20,000 bases of DNA from Malacoraja senta (GCA_038087875.1 JAXLNO010000202.1:369410-389409); one strand, 5' to 3'; positions 9,945 to 19,185 are shown, numbered from the stretch's first letter. Numbers and translations: made by a program. The notes: generated by a model not told the origin, from the letters alone.

Positions 9945-10233
9945 GTTCAGTTTAGTATAGAGATACAACATGGAAACAGGCCCTTCGGCCCACCGAATCC
10001 GTGCTGACCATTGATCACCCTGTACACAAGAACTATCCTACACAATTATAGAAGCCAATTAACCTACAAACCTGCACGTCTTTGAAGTGTGGGAGGAAAC
10101 CGGAGAACCCGGAGAAAACCCACGCGATCACAGGGAGAACGTGCAAACTCTGTATAGACAGCACCTGTAGTCAGGATGGAACCCGGGTCTGTGGCGCTGT
10201 GAGGCAGCAACTCTACCGCTGCGCCACCGTGCC
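9945..10233 (-). mobile_element. HE1-type V-SINE inserted into a short Rex1-type tail remnant
   Basis: Reverse complement of the 6630-6933 family. Flanks TTTATTACCATCACG and ACGTGTATCGAGGTACAGTG rejoin to a Rex1 tail like that at 11456-11484. Confidence 0.88.
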
Positions 10234-10277
10234 AACAAACGTGTATCGAGGTACAGTGTAAAGCTCTGTTTTTTTTT

Positions 10278-10398
10278 ACCATATAACCATAACAGCACGG
10301 AAACAGGCCATCTCGGCCCTTCAAGTCCGTGCCGAACATTTTTTAAATTTTTTTTTTTAATTAAAAATAAATACTTCCCCCTAGTCCCTAACATTTCA
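10278..10398 (-). mobile_element. CR1/HE1-type 3' terminus fragment
   Basis: CAGCACGGAAACAGGCCATCTCGGCCCTTCAAGTCCGTGCCGA is the reverse complement of the shared CR1/SINE tail. Confidence 0.65.
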
Positions 10399-10679
10399 GG
10401 TCAGGCAATACAGCCTTGGGTCATGAAAGTTTCAGCATTGATGCAATCTTTCTAGTTTACTCTCTGCATATATGAGAACGTAAGATTTTACTTCATATCT
10501 ACCAATCTTTACTCAGGTTACTGAGTGTTACCACGGTTACCTAGTATTTGTGGTCTTCATGGTCAAGTGAAGATCCCTGTACGTACAGCACGACTAGTAG
10601 GGCCCCCTCGCTCGGTCGTGACTGACCATGGTTGACAGTACCACAACTGGGACATGTAAATGGCCCCAAACTGGTGACT

Positions 10680-10843
10680 CTGTATACTATCTCAGTGTAC
10701 TGCTGCTGTACACCTGTACTGTATCTGAGATGTAGCTGATCTAACATGTATCTAAGTGTTTATATATAGTGATATTGTACTGAACTGTATACAACAATGA
10801 ATTTCACTGTACTCGGTAAACGAGACAAATAAGGTACGATACC
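10680..10843 (+). mobile_element. LINE 3' UTR/tail fragment (Rex1/L2-like)
   Basis: Ends GAATTTCACTGTACTCGGTAAACGAGACAAATAA, a degenerate form of the tail at 4092-4123. Confidence 0.55.
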
Positions 10844-11044
10844 ATCTCCTTCTTATCGAGCCCACACACAAGATTAGAAGTTGTTCAGCCAGAGCTGAAC
10901 ACACTTGTAGGCATCTGCAAGTGTGCCTACAAGAGAGTAGTCTGTCTGTCTTTTCGCTTCTTGTGCTTCTTGTGCGTGGTGGTGGAAAGATTGGTGGAAA
11001 CAGGGCCGCGATCGACGTGAACGCTCTTTCATTGACCCCAGTAC

Positions 11045-11192
11045 CATGCCAGTACTGTTATTAACTTATTCTATTACTGATCATTTTATATTTATCTCTG
11101 TGTAACTGTGTTAATGATCCTGTTATCCTGCAGCAAGTAAGAATGTCATTGTTCTGTTGCCAGTACATGTGACAGCTGAACATTCTCTTGAC
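11045..11192 (+). mobile_element. LINE 3' tail fragment, same family as 4961-5055
   Basis: Shared 27-nt block CTGCAGCAAGTAAGAATGTCATTGTTC. Confidence 0.55.
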
Positions 11193-11227
11193 GTTAAGAT
11201 TCAGGAGGGAAGATATCCCTGGTTAGA

Positions 11228-11442
11228 ACAAAATGCTGGAGTAACTCAGCGGGACAGGCAGCATCTTTGGAGAGAAGGAATGGGTGACGTTTCAGGTTGA
11301 GACCCTTCTTCAGACTCATTAGGTTTAGAAGGGTCTTGACCCCAAACATCACCCATTCCTTCTCTCCAGAGATGCTACCTGTCCCGCTGAGTTACTCCAG
11401 CATTTTGTGTCTATCTTCAGTGTAAACCAGCATCTGCAGTTT
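11228..11442. mobile_element. Head-to-head inverted pair of Penelope-like terminal repeats (~180-bp palindrome)
   Basis: Arms 11228-11316 and ~11322-11408 are reverse complements over ~85 bp. Confidence 0.75.
11279..11320 (-). ncRNA. Minimal type I hammerhead-ribozyme-like motif
   Basis: Minus strand AATGAGT-CTGAAGA-A-GGGT-CTCA-ACCT-GAAAC-GTC-ACCCATT. It has the CUGANGA and GAAA core, stem II, a 6/7-bp stem I, palindromic ACGU in place of stem III, and a GUC triplet. Activity is untested. Confidence 0.55.
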
Positions 11443-12622
11443 GTTTTCAGTTTAGTTTATTGTCACGTGTACAGAGGTACAGTGACAAGCTTTTGTTGCG
11501 TGCTAACCAGCCAGCGGAAAGACAATACATGATTACAATCGAGCCATTTACAGTATAGATACAGGATAAAGAAATAACGTTTAGTGCAAGGTAAAGCCTC
11601 CAAAGTCCGATCAAGGGTAGTCCGAGGGTCACCAATGATGTAGGTAGTAGTTCAGGACTGCTCACCAGTCAGCGGAAAGACAATACATGATTACAATCGA
11701 GCCATTCACAGTGTACAGATACATGATAATGGGAAACAATGTTTAGTGCAAGGTAAAGCCACCAAAGTCCGATGTAGGATAGTCCAAGGGTCAACAATGA
11801 GGTAGATAGTAGTTCAGCACTGCTCTGTGGTAGGATGGTTCAGTTGCCTGATAACAGCTGGGAAGAAACTGTCCTTGAATCTGGAGGTGTGTGTTTACAC
11901 ACTTCTGTACCTCTTGCCCGATGGGAGAGGGGAGAAGAGGGAGTGGCCAGGGTGCGACTGGTCCTTGATTATGCTGCTGGCCTTGCCGAGGCAGCGTGAG
12001 GTGTAGATGGAAGGGAGGTTGGTTTGTGTGATGGTCTGGGCTGCGTCCACAATTCTTGAATCTTGGATGGAGCTGTTCCCAAACCAAGCTGTGATACATC
12101 CCGATAAAATGCTTTCTGTGGTGCATCTGTAGAAGTTGGTGAGAGTTGTAGGGGACATGCCAAACTTCCTAAGTCTTCTGAGGAAATAGAGGCGTTGGTT
12201 TCTTGGTCGTTGCTTCAATACGGGTGGTCCAGGAGAAGTTGTTGGTGATATTGACTCCTATGGATTTGAAGTTTTCAGACATCTCTATTGCAGCACCGTT
12301 AATGCAAACTGGGGAATGTGAACCACTTCACTTCCTGAAGCCTATCACTATCTCCTGTGTCTTGTTGACATTGAGAGAAAGGTTGTTGTCTCAACACCAG
12401 GACACGAGGTTCTCGATCTCCTTCCTGTACTCAATCTCACCATTATTTGATATCCGGCCCACAATGGTGGTGTCATCTGCAAATTTATAAATTGTATTAT
12501 ATTCGTACATGGTCACACAGTGGTGGGTGTATAAGGCGTAAAGAAGGGGGCTGGGAACGCATCCTTGTGGTGCACCAATGTTGAGGACTATCGCGGATGA
12601 TGATTTGTCCCCGATCCTCACG
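11443..12622 (-). mobile_element. 5'-truncated Rex1/Babar-type LINE with a duplicated 3' UTR segment
   Basis: Frames GAPQGCVPSPLLYALYTH..KFADDTTIVGRI and QRLYFLRRLRKFGMS..FYRCTTESILSGCITAWFG..HPGHSLF. 11506-11663 is repeated at 11664-11825. Confidence 0.92.
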
Positions 12623-13296
12623 GTTCTTTCCTACACAGATATCCCTGATAGTCAGATCAAGATTCGGCTGCGTTCTCCGTCAATGAATCAAATGTGTGAT
12701 GGCCGTCACTACGATAGTGTGGCAGCTTTTACATATTGAACCAATTCTGCAGCTATCTGATTGCAGAATCACTAAGTCTTGATGCACAGAGCTGTCAGGG
12801 GGACTGGTGTAACAGGATTCACAGATGCTGAATCTGTGAGAGTGGAGAAGGTAATTTATGCTGGCACTTCAAAGCTGCACTGAAGACAAACGCTCTGAGG
12901 ATTCTGTCCGCGCTGACGGATGTGTTAATTATTCATAAGATGCTCTGACTAGAATTCCTCCCTTAACCAACACCATTGAAGCAGATTAACCCAGCAATTC
13001 TCTCATTTATTGCTGACAGAATCTTGCTGAGTGGAAAGTGTTCTCCAAACCTCTGTGCAGCAACATTCACTAATAACACAATGCTGGAAAAGGCTTTGAA
13101 ATATGAAGCTATATAAATACATTCTCAAATGAGGGCAGCATGGTGGCGCAGCGGTAGAGTTGCTGCCTCGCAGCGCCAGAGTCCCAGGTTTGATCCTGAC
13201 TACGGGTGCTGTCTGTACGGAGTTTGTACGTTCTCCCCGTGACCTGCGTGGGTTTTCTCCAAGATCTTTGGTTTTCTCCCACACTCCAAAGACGTA

Positions 13297-14476
13297 TTGT
13301 ATTGTATTGTATATCTTTATTGTTATTTCCTGAGTATTCGCATACCCAGAGGAAACAAAAAAACGTTCCTCAACCAGTGTCCATTTCAGTGTGCAGTAAA
13401 AAATAAATAGAAGTAAAAATACATATATCATGAACAAATTAACACTCTACTCTACTAAACATCAACAGGCGTTCCGATCGGCAGCGGCACGACAGTGGCT
13501 CTGCTGCAGTGTGTCCAGGTTGGTGGTTGGTGCACGATACTTTGGCAGGGGGCAAAGTCCGTTTATCAGTCTTATAACCTGCGGGAAGAAGCTGAGGAGC
13601 ATCCTGCTGGTTTTGCACCTAATGCTCCGGTACCTCTTCCCAGATGGCAGGATGGAGAATATGTGATGGGATGGGTGGTAGGGGTCTTTGATGATGGAGA
13701 TGGCTCTGCTGATACATCTCTTCCTGTATATGTCCAGCAGGAAAGGGAGTGGAGCACCAATAATCCTGCTGGCGGTCTTCACAATCCTGTCTAATTGGTG
13801 CCGTTCGTACGCCTTGCAGCTCCCGAACCAGGAAGTGATGCCGTAGGTTAATGTGCTCTCGATTGTCCCCCTATAAAAAGTTCGTAGGTGTGTAGTGGGG
13901 AGACCTGCTTTACGTAGTCTTCGGAGAGGGTGTAGTCGCTGCTGGGCTCTCTTGACCAGTGCTGTGGTGTTGGTCGTGGACGTCAGGTCATCTGACAGGT
14001 GGAGTCCTAGGAACTTCACGCTGTTGACGCTTTCCACATCAGCTCCATCGATGTGCAGAGGTGTATGGTGTTGTTTTCCCGCCCTCCTGAAGTCAACCAC
14101 CATCTCCTTAGTTTTTCCCACGTTGAGAATGAGGTTGTGGGATTTGCACCATCCTGTGAGCAGCTCCACCTCCATCCTGTATGCCGACTCATCATTGTCA
14201 CTGATGAGACCCACCACTGTTGTGTCATCAGCGAACTTGTTGATGAAGTTGTTGTTGAGTCTAGCAGTACAGTCGTGTGTTAGCAGACTAAACAGCAGGG
14301 GGCTTAGGACACAGCCTTGGGGCGAGCCAGTGCTCACGGCTATGGTTTTTGATGTCCTACTGCCCACCCTGACTGTCTGCTGCCGTTGCAATAGAAAGTT
14401 CAGGACCCAGTTACATGTGCCAGCATCAACCCCCAATAGCTCCAACTTCTCCACCAACTGCTGCGGAATGATTGTA
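13297..14476 (-). mobile_element. Young 5'-truncated Rex1/Babar-type LINE of a second, divergent family
   Basis: Uninterrupted RT frame, 3' UTR hairpin, AATAAA and (ATACA)n tail. Confidence 0.92.
13462..14475 (-). pseudogene. Rex1/Babar-type RT C-terminal half, open for >331 aa but 5'-truncated
   Basis: STGSPQGCVLSPLLFSLLTHDC, KFADDTTVVGLI, LNVGKTKEMVVDFRR, KFLGLHLS, FYRGTIESTLTYGITSWFG, DPYHPSH. Confidence 0.9.
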
Positions 14477-14942
14477 GTTGGTTTGTAGGTTAATTGGCTT
14501 GGTATGAATTGTAAATTGTCCCTGTAGGATTGTGTGTAGGATAGTGTTAATGTGCGGGGGTTGCTGGTAGGTGCGGACTGGGTGGGCCGAAGGGCCTGTT
14601 TCCGTGCTGTATCTCTAAACTAAACTAAACTAAACTAAATACATCTTTCCCTGAATACAGGAAGACTAAAGTAGCAATAAGGATGGGACAGTTGCAAAGG
14701 TCGATTGGAGGCACAAGGAGATGCTGATGCTGGAATTGTGGGCCAAATACAACTTTGTGTTTACAAGATTGTATTGCCTGTCCAATAACTCTTTGAACCT
14801 TTTCCACCACAGATGGCCTCATGAATATTTTAAACCCAACTAAACTTCACCCGATGCTTATCCACTTTTTGGTTTAATTGCTAGCAGACGCGTGCAATAA
14901 AATCAGATTGTTTGGGAATATTGAAGTTTAACCTGTTGAAGT

Positions 14943-14982
14943 GATAGACAATAGGTGCAGGAATAGGCCATTCGGCCCTTCG
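14943..14982 (-). mobile_element. CR1 extreme 3' end
   Basis: ATAGACAATAGGTGCAGGAATAGGCCATTCGGCCCTTCG matches 628-661. Confidence 0.8.
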
Positions 14983-15166
14983 TGATGATGCCACCATCTG
15001 TAACCACGGCAGGCAGCTCCTGTTCACCTCCCACAAGGGAACCTCTGGCGGTGGACAGGGACATATGCTCGGACAAATGGCACATGTGGGTTCGACTTCC
15101 ATCTGTGGTACTCTGGGCAGCAAGAATAGCCGGAGTGGCATTCCCCATGGAATTCCAACGCTACTC

Positions 15167-15760
15167 CCCTTGAAGGTGGAGTCGCAGGTAGTGCAGCCTT
15201 TAGAACCTTGGCCTTCATCAGTCAGAGTATTGAGTATAGAAGTTGGGAGGTCATGTTGCAGTTGTATAAGATGTCGGTGAGACCGCATTTAGAGTATTGT
15301 GTTCAGTTCTGGGCATCAGTTGTAGGAAAGATATTGTCAAACTGGAAAGGGTGTAGAGAAGATTTACAAGGATGTTGCCTGGAGTAGAGGGCTTGAGCTA
15401 CAGGGAGAGGTTGAGTAGGCTGGGACTCTATGCCTTGGATGCAGGAGGATGAGGGATGATCTTACAAAGGTGTATAAGGTGATGAGATGGAATAGATACA
15501 CAGTCTTTTATCTAGAGTAGAGGAATTAATAACCAGAGGACATGGGTTTAAGGTGAATTATTTAATAAGTTGGTGGATGTATGGAACAGGCTGCCTTCAA
15601 ACAAACATTTAAGAAACATCCATAGGTACAAATAGGATATGTTTAGAGGGACTTTGGCCAAACACAGGCAGGTGGGACTAGTGAAGATGGGACATGTTGG
15701 TTGGTGTGGGCGTTGGGCCGAAGAGCCTCTTTACATGCTGCATCACGCGATGACTCTATG
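15167..15760 (+). mobile_element. Degenerate CR1 3' fragment (second subfamily)
   Basis: Frameshifted MLQLYKMSVRPHLEYCVQFW..KLERV.RRFTRMLPG; 3' UTR similar to 7880-8030. Confidence 0.85.
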
Positions 15761-15837
15761 CTTTGCTAGTAAGTTTGTAACTGTATATTTACACTATCGA
15801 CAGACATCTCATATTATATACATGGATTACAAATTCT

Positions 15838-16058
15838 CTGTGCGTGTGCGTGTGTTAGTGCTGCGCATGTGTCCACATGTTTGTGTTTATTTATGTCTGC
15901 ACATACGTGTGTGGGTGTGTACATGCATGTGCATGTATGTGTGTTGTGCATGCGTGTGCATGCATGTGTGCATGTGTTGCATATGTCTGTAGTATGTGCA
16001 TGTGTGTGCATGCATGTGTGCGTGTTGTGCATGTTAATACATGCTCCTGCATGTGTGT
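15838..16058. repeat. Degenerate (TG)n/(TGCA)n alternating purine-pyrimidine microsatellite
   Basis: Directly visible. Confidence 0.9.
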
Positions 16059-16250
16059 GAATGGCAGTGACTAGTGGGGTACCGCAAGCCTTGGTGCTGG
16101 GACCCCAGCTATTTACAATATATATTAACGATTTAGATGAGGGAATTAAATGTGACATCTGCAAGCTTGCAGATGACACAAAGCTGGGTGGCAGTGTGAG
16201 CTGCGAGGAGGATGCTATGAGGCTGCAGGGTGACTTGGACAGGTTGGATA
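16059..16250 (+). mobile_element. CR1 RT-core fragment
   Basis: [51 protein letters not shown]. Confidence 0.9.
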
Positions 16251-16665
16251 GATGCAGCTCCAGCCGGTGGAGTGTTAGTGATGCTCACTCCGCTCCTTCA
16301 GCTTTATATTCTCCTTGCCGGGTGAGGCGGGCGCCGCCCGTGACTGACAGCGGACCCAGCCAATCAGTGCAGCGATGGTGTAGGAAGGGGCGTCGCCGTC
16401 CCAGCGAATGACAGGAGAGGAGACCAATCAGAGTGGCGGCGACTGACAGGAGAGGAGACCAATCTGCACATTCGTGGTTTTTAAGATTTTTAAACCCTAA
16501 TAACTTTAAATATATACCATCGATCGGAACAAACCTTGTTGCTCTTGTAGCACAGGAGAATGGTGAGTGAGGTGGTGAAAAACCATAGTGCTATCGTGTA
16601 CCGTCTTTGCGCAAATAGAAAAATACACAAAACCGGAAGAGCACAAGATCAGAGTTTTATTTATA
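16251..16665 (-). mobile_element. Non-autonomous Helitron-like unit 1 (5' part only)
   Basis: Shares a 65-bp block (16590-16654) with 17026-17090 and directly abuts the CTAG end of unit 2. Confidence 0.55.
16277..16465 (-). promoter_or_regulatory. Pol II promoter-like module: three TGACAG-N9-CCAAT composites, GC boxes, TATAAA, Inr-like site
   Basis: CCAAT at 16360, 16424 and 16459, each 9 nt after a TGACAG (+ strand). GGGCGG/GGCGGG boxes at 16326-16339. Minus-strand TATAAAG at 16308-16302. TCACT with its A at 16279, 29 nt downstream of the TATA. Confidence 0.5.
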
Positions 16666-16666
16666 A

Positions 16667-17116
16667 CTAGACTAAGTGGGACCCATTGTGTCCCTGTCAC
16701 ACAGGAGGCTTGGTCTCCCAACGCAATATTCCACCACTGACCCATAGCCCCCAACTGCACAGGCACGGCTCATTTCCCCTCATCCTTAGCACTCTCTCCC
16801 CAATCCTCTTCACCCTCCCTCTTCTTCCCCTCTCCTCCTCCCCCACCCAATCCCTCCCTCATCTCTCCTTTCCCCTACTCTCAGTCACTCACACCCTCCC
16901 TCCATAACTCCTCTCCCCTCCCTACCCTCCTCTCCCTCTATCCCCTCTCCTCCCCTACCTCCCTCCCCAGGATCTCGAGGTTGCCACTCCTCTCCCTTCT
17001 TGCGTGCCCCAGAGGAGCATCTGCCGCTATCGCGTACCGTTTCTGCGCAAATAGAAAAACCGCACAAACCGGAAGAGCACAAGATCAGAGATGGATAGAT
17101 GGATAGATAGATAGAT
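16667..17116 (-). mobile_element. Non-autonomous Helitron-like unit 2
   Basis: Minus-strand 3' end GGGAC-ACAATGG-GTCCC-ACTTAGT-CTAG|T: a GC hairpin ending 11 nt before a CTAG terminus followed by T. The 5' TC end lies somewhere in the (GATA/GATG)n run at 17090-17126. Internal pyrimidine tract at 16790-16970. Confidence 0.7.
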
Positions 17117-17127
17117 GTATGGATGAT

Positions 17128-18248
17128 ATTGGGGGTAGGGTATTGACATGGGTAGAGAGCTGGTTGGCAGACAGGAAGCAAAGAGTAGGAATTAACGGGT
17201 CCTTTTCAGAATGGCAGGCAGTGACTAGTGGGGTGCCGCAAGGCTCGGTGCTCGAACCCAGTTATTTACAATATATATTAACGATTTAGACGAAGGAATT
17301 AAATGCAACATCTCCAAGTTTGTGGATGACACAAAGCTGGGTGGCAGTGTGAGCTGCGAGGTGGATGCTATGAGGCTGCCGGGTGACTTGGATAGGTTGT
17401 GTGAGTGGGCAGATGCATGGCAGATGCAGCATAATGTAGATAAATGATAGGTTATACACTTTGGTGGCAAGAACAGGAAGGAAGATTATTATCTGAATGT
17501 CAGATTAGGAAAAGGGGAGGTGCAACGAGACCTGGGTGTCCTTGTACATCTGTCACTGAAAGCAAGCATGCAGGTACAGCAGGCAGTGAAGAAAGTGAAT
17601 GGCATGTTGGCCTTCATTGCGAGAGGATTTGAGTTTAGGAGCAAGGAGGTCCTACTGCAGTTGTACAGGGCCCTGGTGAGACCGCACCTGGAGTATTGTG
17701 TGCAGTTTTGGTCTCCTAATTTGAGGAAGGACATTGTTGCTATTGAGCGAGTGCAGCGTAGGTTCACCAGGTTAATTCCTGGGATGGCGGCAGTGATATA
17801 TGATGAAAGAATGGATCGACTGGGCTTGTATTCACTGGAATTTAGAAGGATGAAAAGGGGTCATGGAAACATATACAATTCTTAAGGGATCAGACACGCT
17901 AGATGCAGGAAAAATGTTCCCGATGTTGGGGGAGTCCAGAACCAGGGGTCACAGTTTAAGAATAAGGGGTAGGCCATTTAGAACGGAGACGAGGAAAAAC
18001 TTTTTCACCCAGAGAGTTGTGAATCTGTGAAATTCTCTGCCACAGAAGGCAGTGGAGGCCAATTCACTGGATGTGTTCAAGAGAGAGTTAGATTTAGCTC
18101 TTACAGCTCTCAGAATCAGGGGCTATGGGGGAAAAGCAGGAACAGAGTACTGATTCTGGATGATCAGCCATGATCATATTGAATGGCGGTGCAGGCTCGA
18201 AGGGCCGAATGGCCTACTCCTGCACCTATTTTTCTGTGTTTCTATGTT
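17128..18248 (+). mobile_element. 5'-truncated CR1 LINE (RT to 3' tail) with frameshifts and stops
   Basis: Collinear with 620-1740. ORF 17520-17885 DLGVLVH..RPHLEYCVQFWSP. Tail TTTCTGTGTTTCTATGTT. Confidence 0.93.
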
Positions 18249-18362
18249 TGTGGGAAAGGCAGTGAACACATGAATGCTGAGTGTGGCTGGAGTTACAAAC
18301 ACACCGCCATCCTGTAAAGGTGCTCCCTGCACTCCAGGCATTTCCATTTCCTCACTCACAGT

Positions 18363-18655
18363 GAACTGTAGACGTGGGGATCTTGAGTAAAGCACAAAGT
18401 GCTGGAGGAACTTAGTGGGCCAGGCAGCATCTGTGGAGGTGTGGAGGAAGGAACTGCAGATGCTGGTTTACACGGAAGACACAAAATGCTGAAGTTATTC
18501 AACGGGACAGGCAGCATCTCTGGAGAGAAGGAATGGGTGACGTTTTGGGTCAGAAGAAGGGTTCAACCCGAACCATCACCCATTCCTTCTCTCCATAGAC
18601 GCTGCCTGTCCCGCTGAATTACTCCAGCATTTTGTCACTAACTTTGGTATAAACC
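18363..18655. mobile_element. Penelope-like terminal repeats: a single fragment (18363-18439) plus an inverted pair (18481-18635)
   Basis: ACAAAATGCTG..GAATGGGTGACGTTTTGGGT followed by inverted CAGAAGAAGGGTTCAACCCGAACCATCACCCATTCC..CAGCATTTTGT. Confidence 0.7.
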
Positions 18656-18699
18656 ATAGTCATACAGCATGGAAATGGGTCCTTCGGCCCAACATACCA

Positions 18700-18982
18700 A
18701 GGGGTAAAAGCCATTTAGAACGGAGACGAGGAAACACTTTTTCTCACAGAGATTTGTGAGTCTGTGGAATTCTCTGCCTCAGAGGGCGGTGGAGGCAGGT
18801 TCTCTGGATACTTTCAAGATAGAGCTAGATAGGGCTCTTAAAGATAGCGGAGTCAGGGGATATGGGGAGAAGGCACGAAAGGGGTACTGATTGGGAATGA
18901 TCAGCCATGATCACATTGAATGGCGGTGCTGGCTCGAAGGGCCGAATGGCCTACTGCTGCACCTATTGTCTACTGTCTATTG
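18700..18982 (+). mobile_element. CR1 3' fragment
   Basis: KPFRTETRKHFFSQRFVSLWNSLPQRAVEA frame, CR1 3' UTR and a CCTATTGTCTACTGTCTATTG tail. Confidence 0.9.
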
Positions 18983-19013
18983 AAACATCCTCTCCTTATC
19001 CACTCTATCCACC

Positions 19014-19185
19014 AATTCAATTCAATTCAATTCAAGAAGTTTATTGCCATGTCAACAAGTTGATAGGAATGTGTCTTGGTTCGCTCTCAGACAGATACAA
19101 TTCAGTACAATACATCCACCACATACACCACAATAAATAATAAATAATACAGACAATATCGTACGAAGGACAATATATACAGGAA
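19014..19185 (-). mobile_element. LINE-type 3' UTR with AATAAA and a (TTGAA)n tail, family unassigned
   Basis: + strand (AATTC)4 then TTTATTGCCATGTCAACAAGTTGATA (hairpin), the same layout as the Rex1 tails in this window. Confidence 0.5.

Larger units (their letters stand above)
13133..14639 (+). mobile_element. HE1-type V-SINE split into 13133-13296 and ~14477-14639 by a LINE insertion
   Basis: A box TGGCGCAGCGG, B-box-like GGTTTGATCC, V domain to CCAAAGACGTA. Resumes at GGTTTGTAGGTTAATTGGC and runs to a (TAAAC)n tail. Collinear with 6630-6933. Confidence 0.9.

Noticed and set aside
13133..13205. tRNA gene (also 6630-6700 and 10160-10233)
   Set aside because: A/B boxes run directly into the V domain and a CR1 tail, so these are SINE heads.
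15639..16179. Cys/His-rich ORFs resembling metal-binding proteins
   Set aside because: Translation of the (TG/CA)n microsatellite.
16059..17400. One CR1 split by the Helitron-like insert
   Set aside because: The two CR1 pieces cover the same RT region (16059-16250 vs ~17210-17400) with many differences, so they are separate copies and not consecutive halves.
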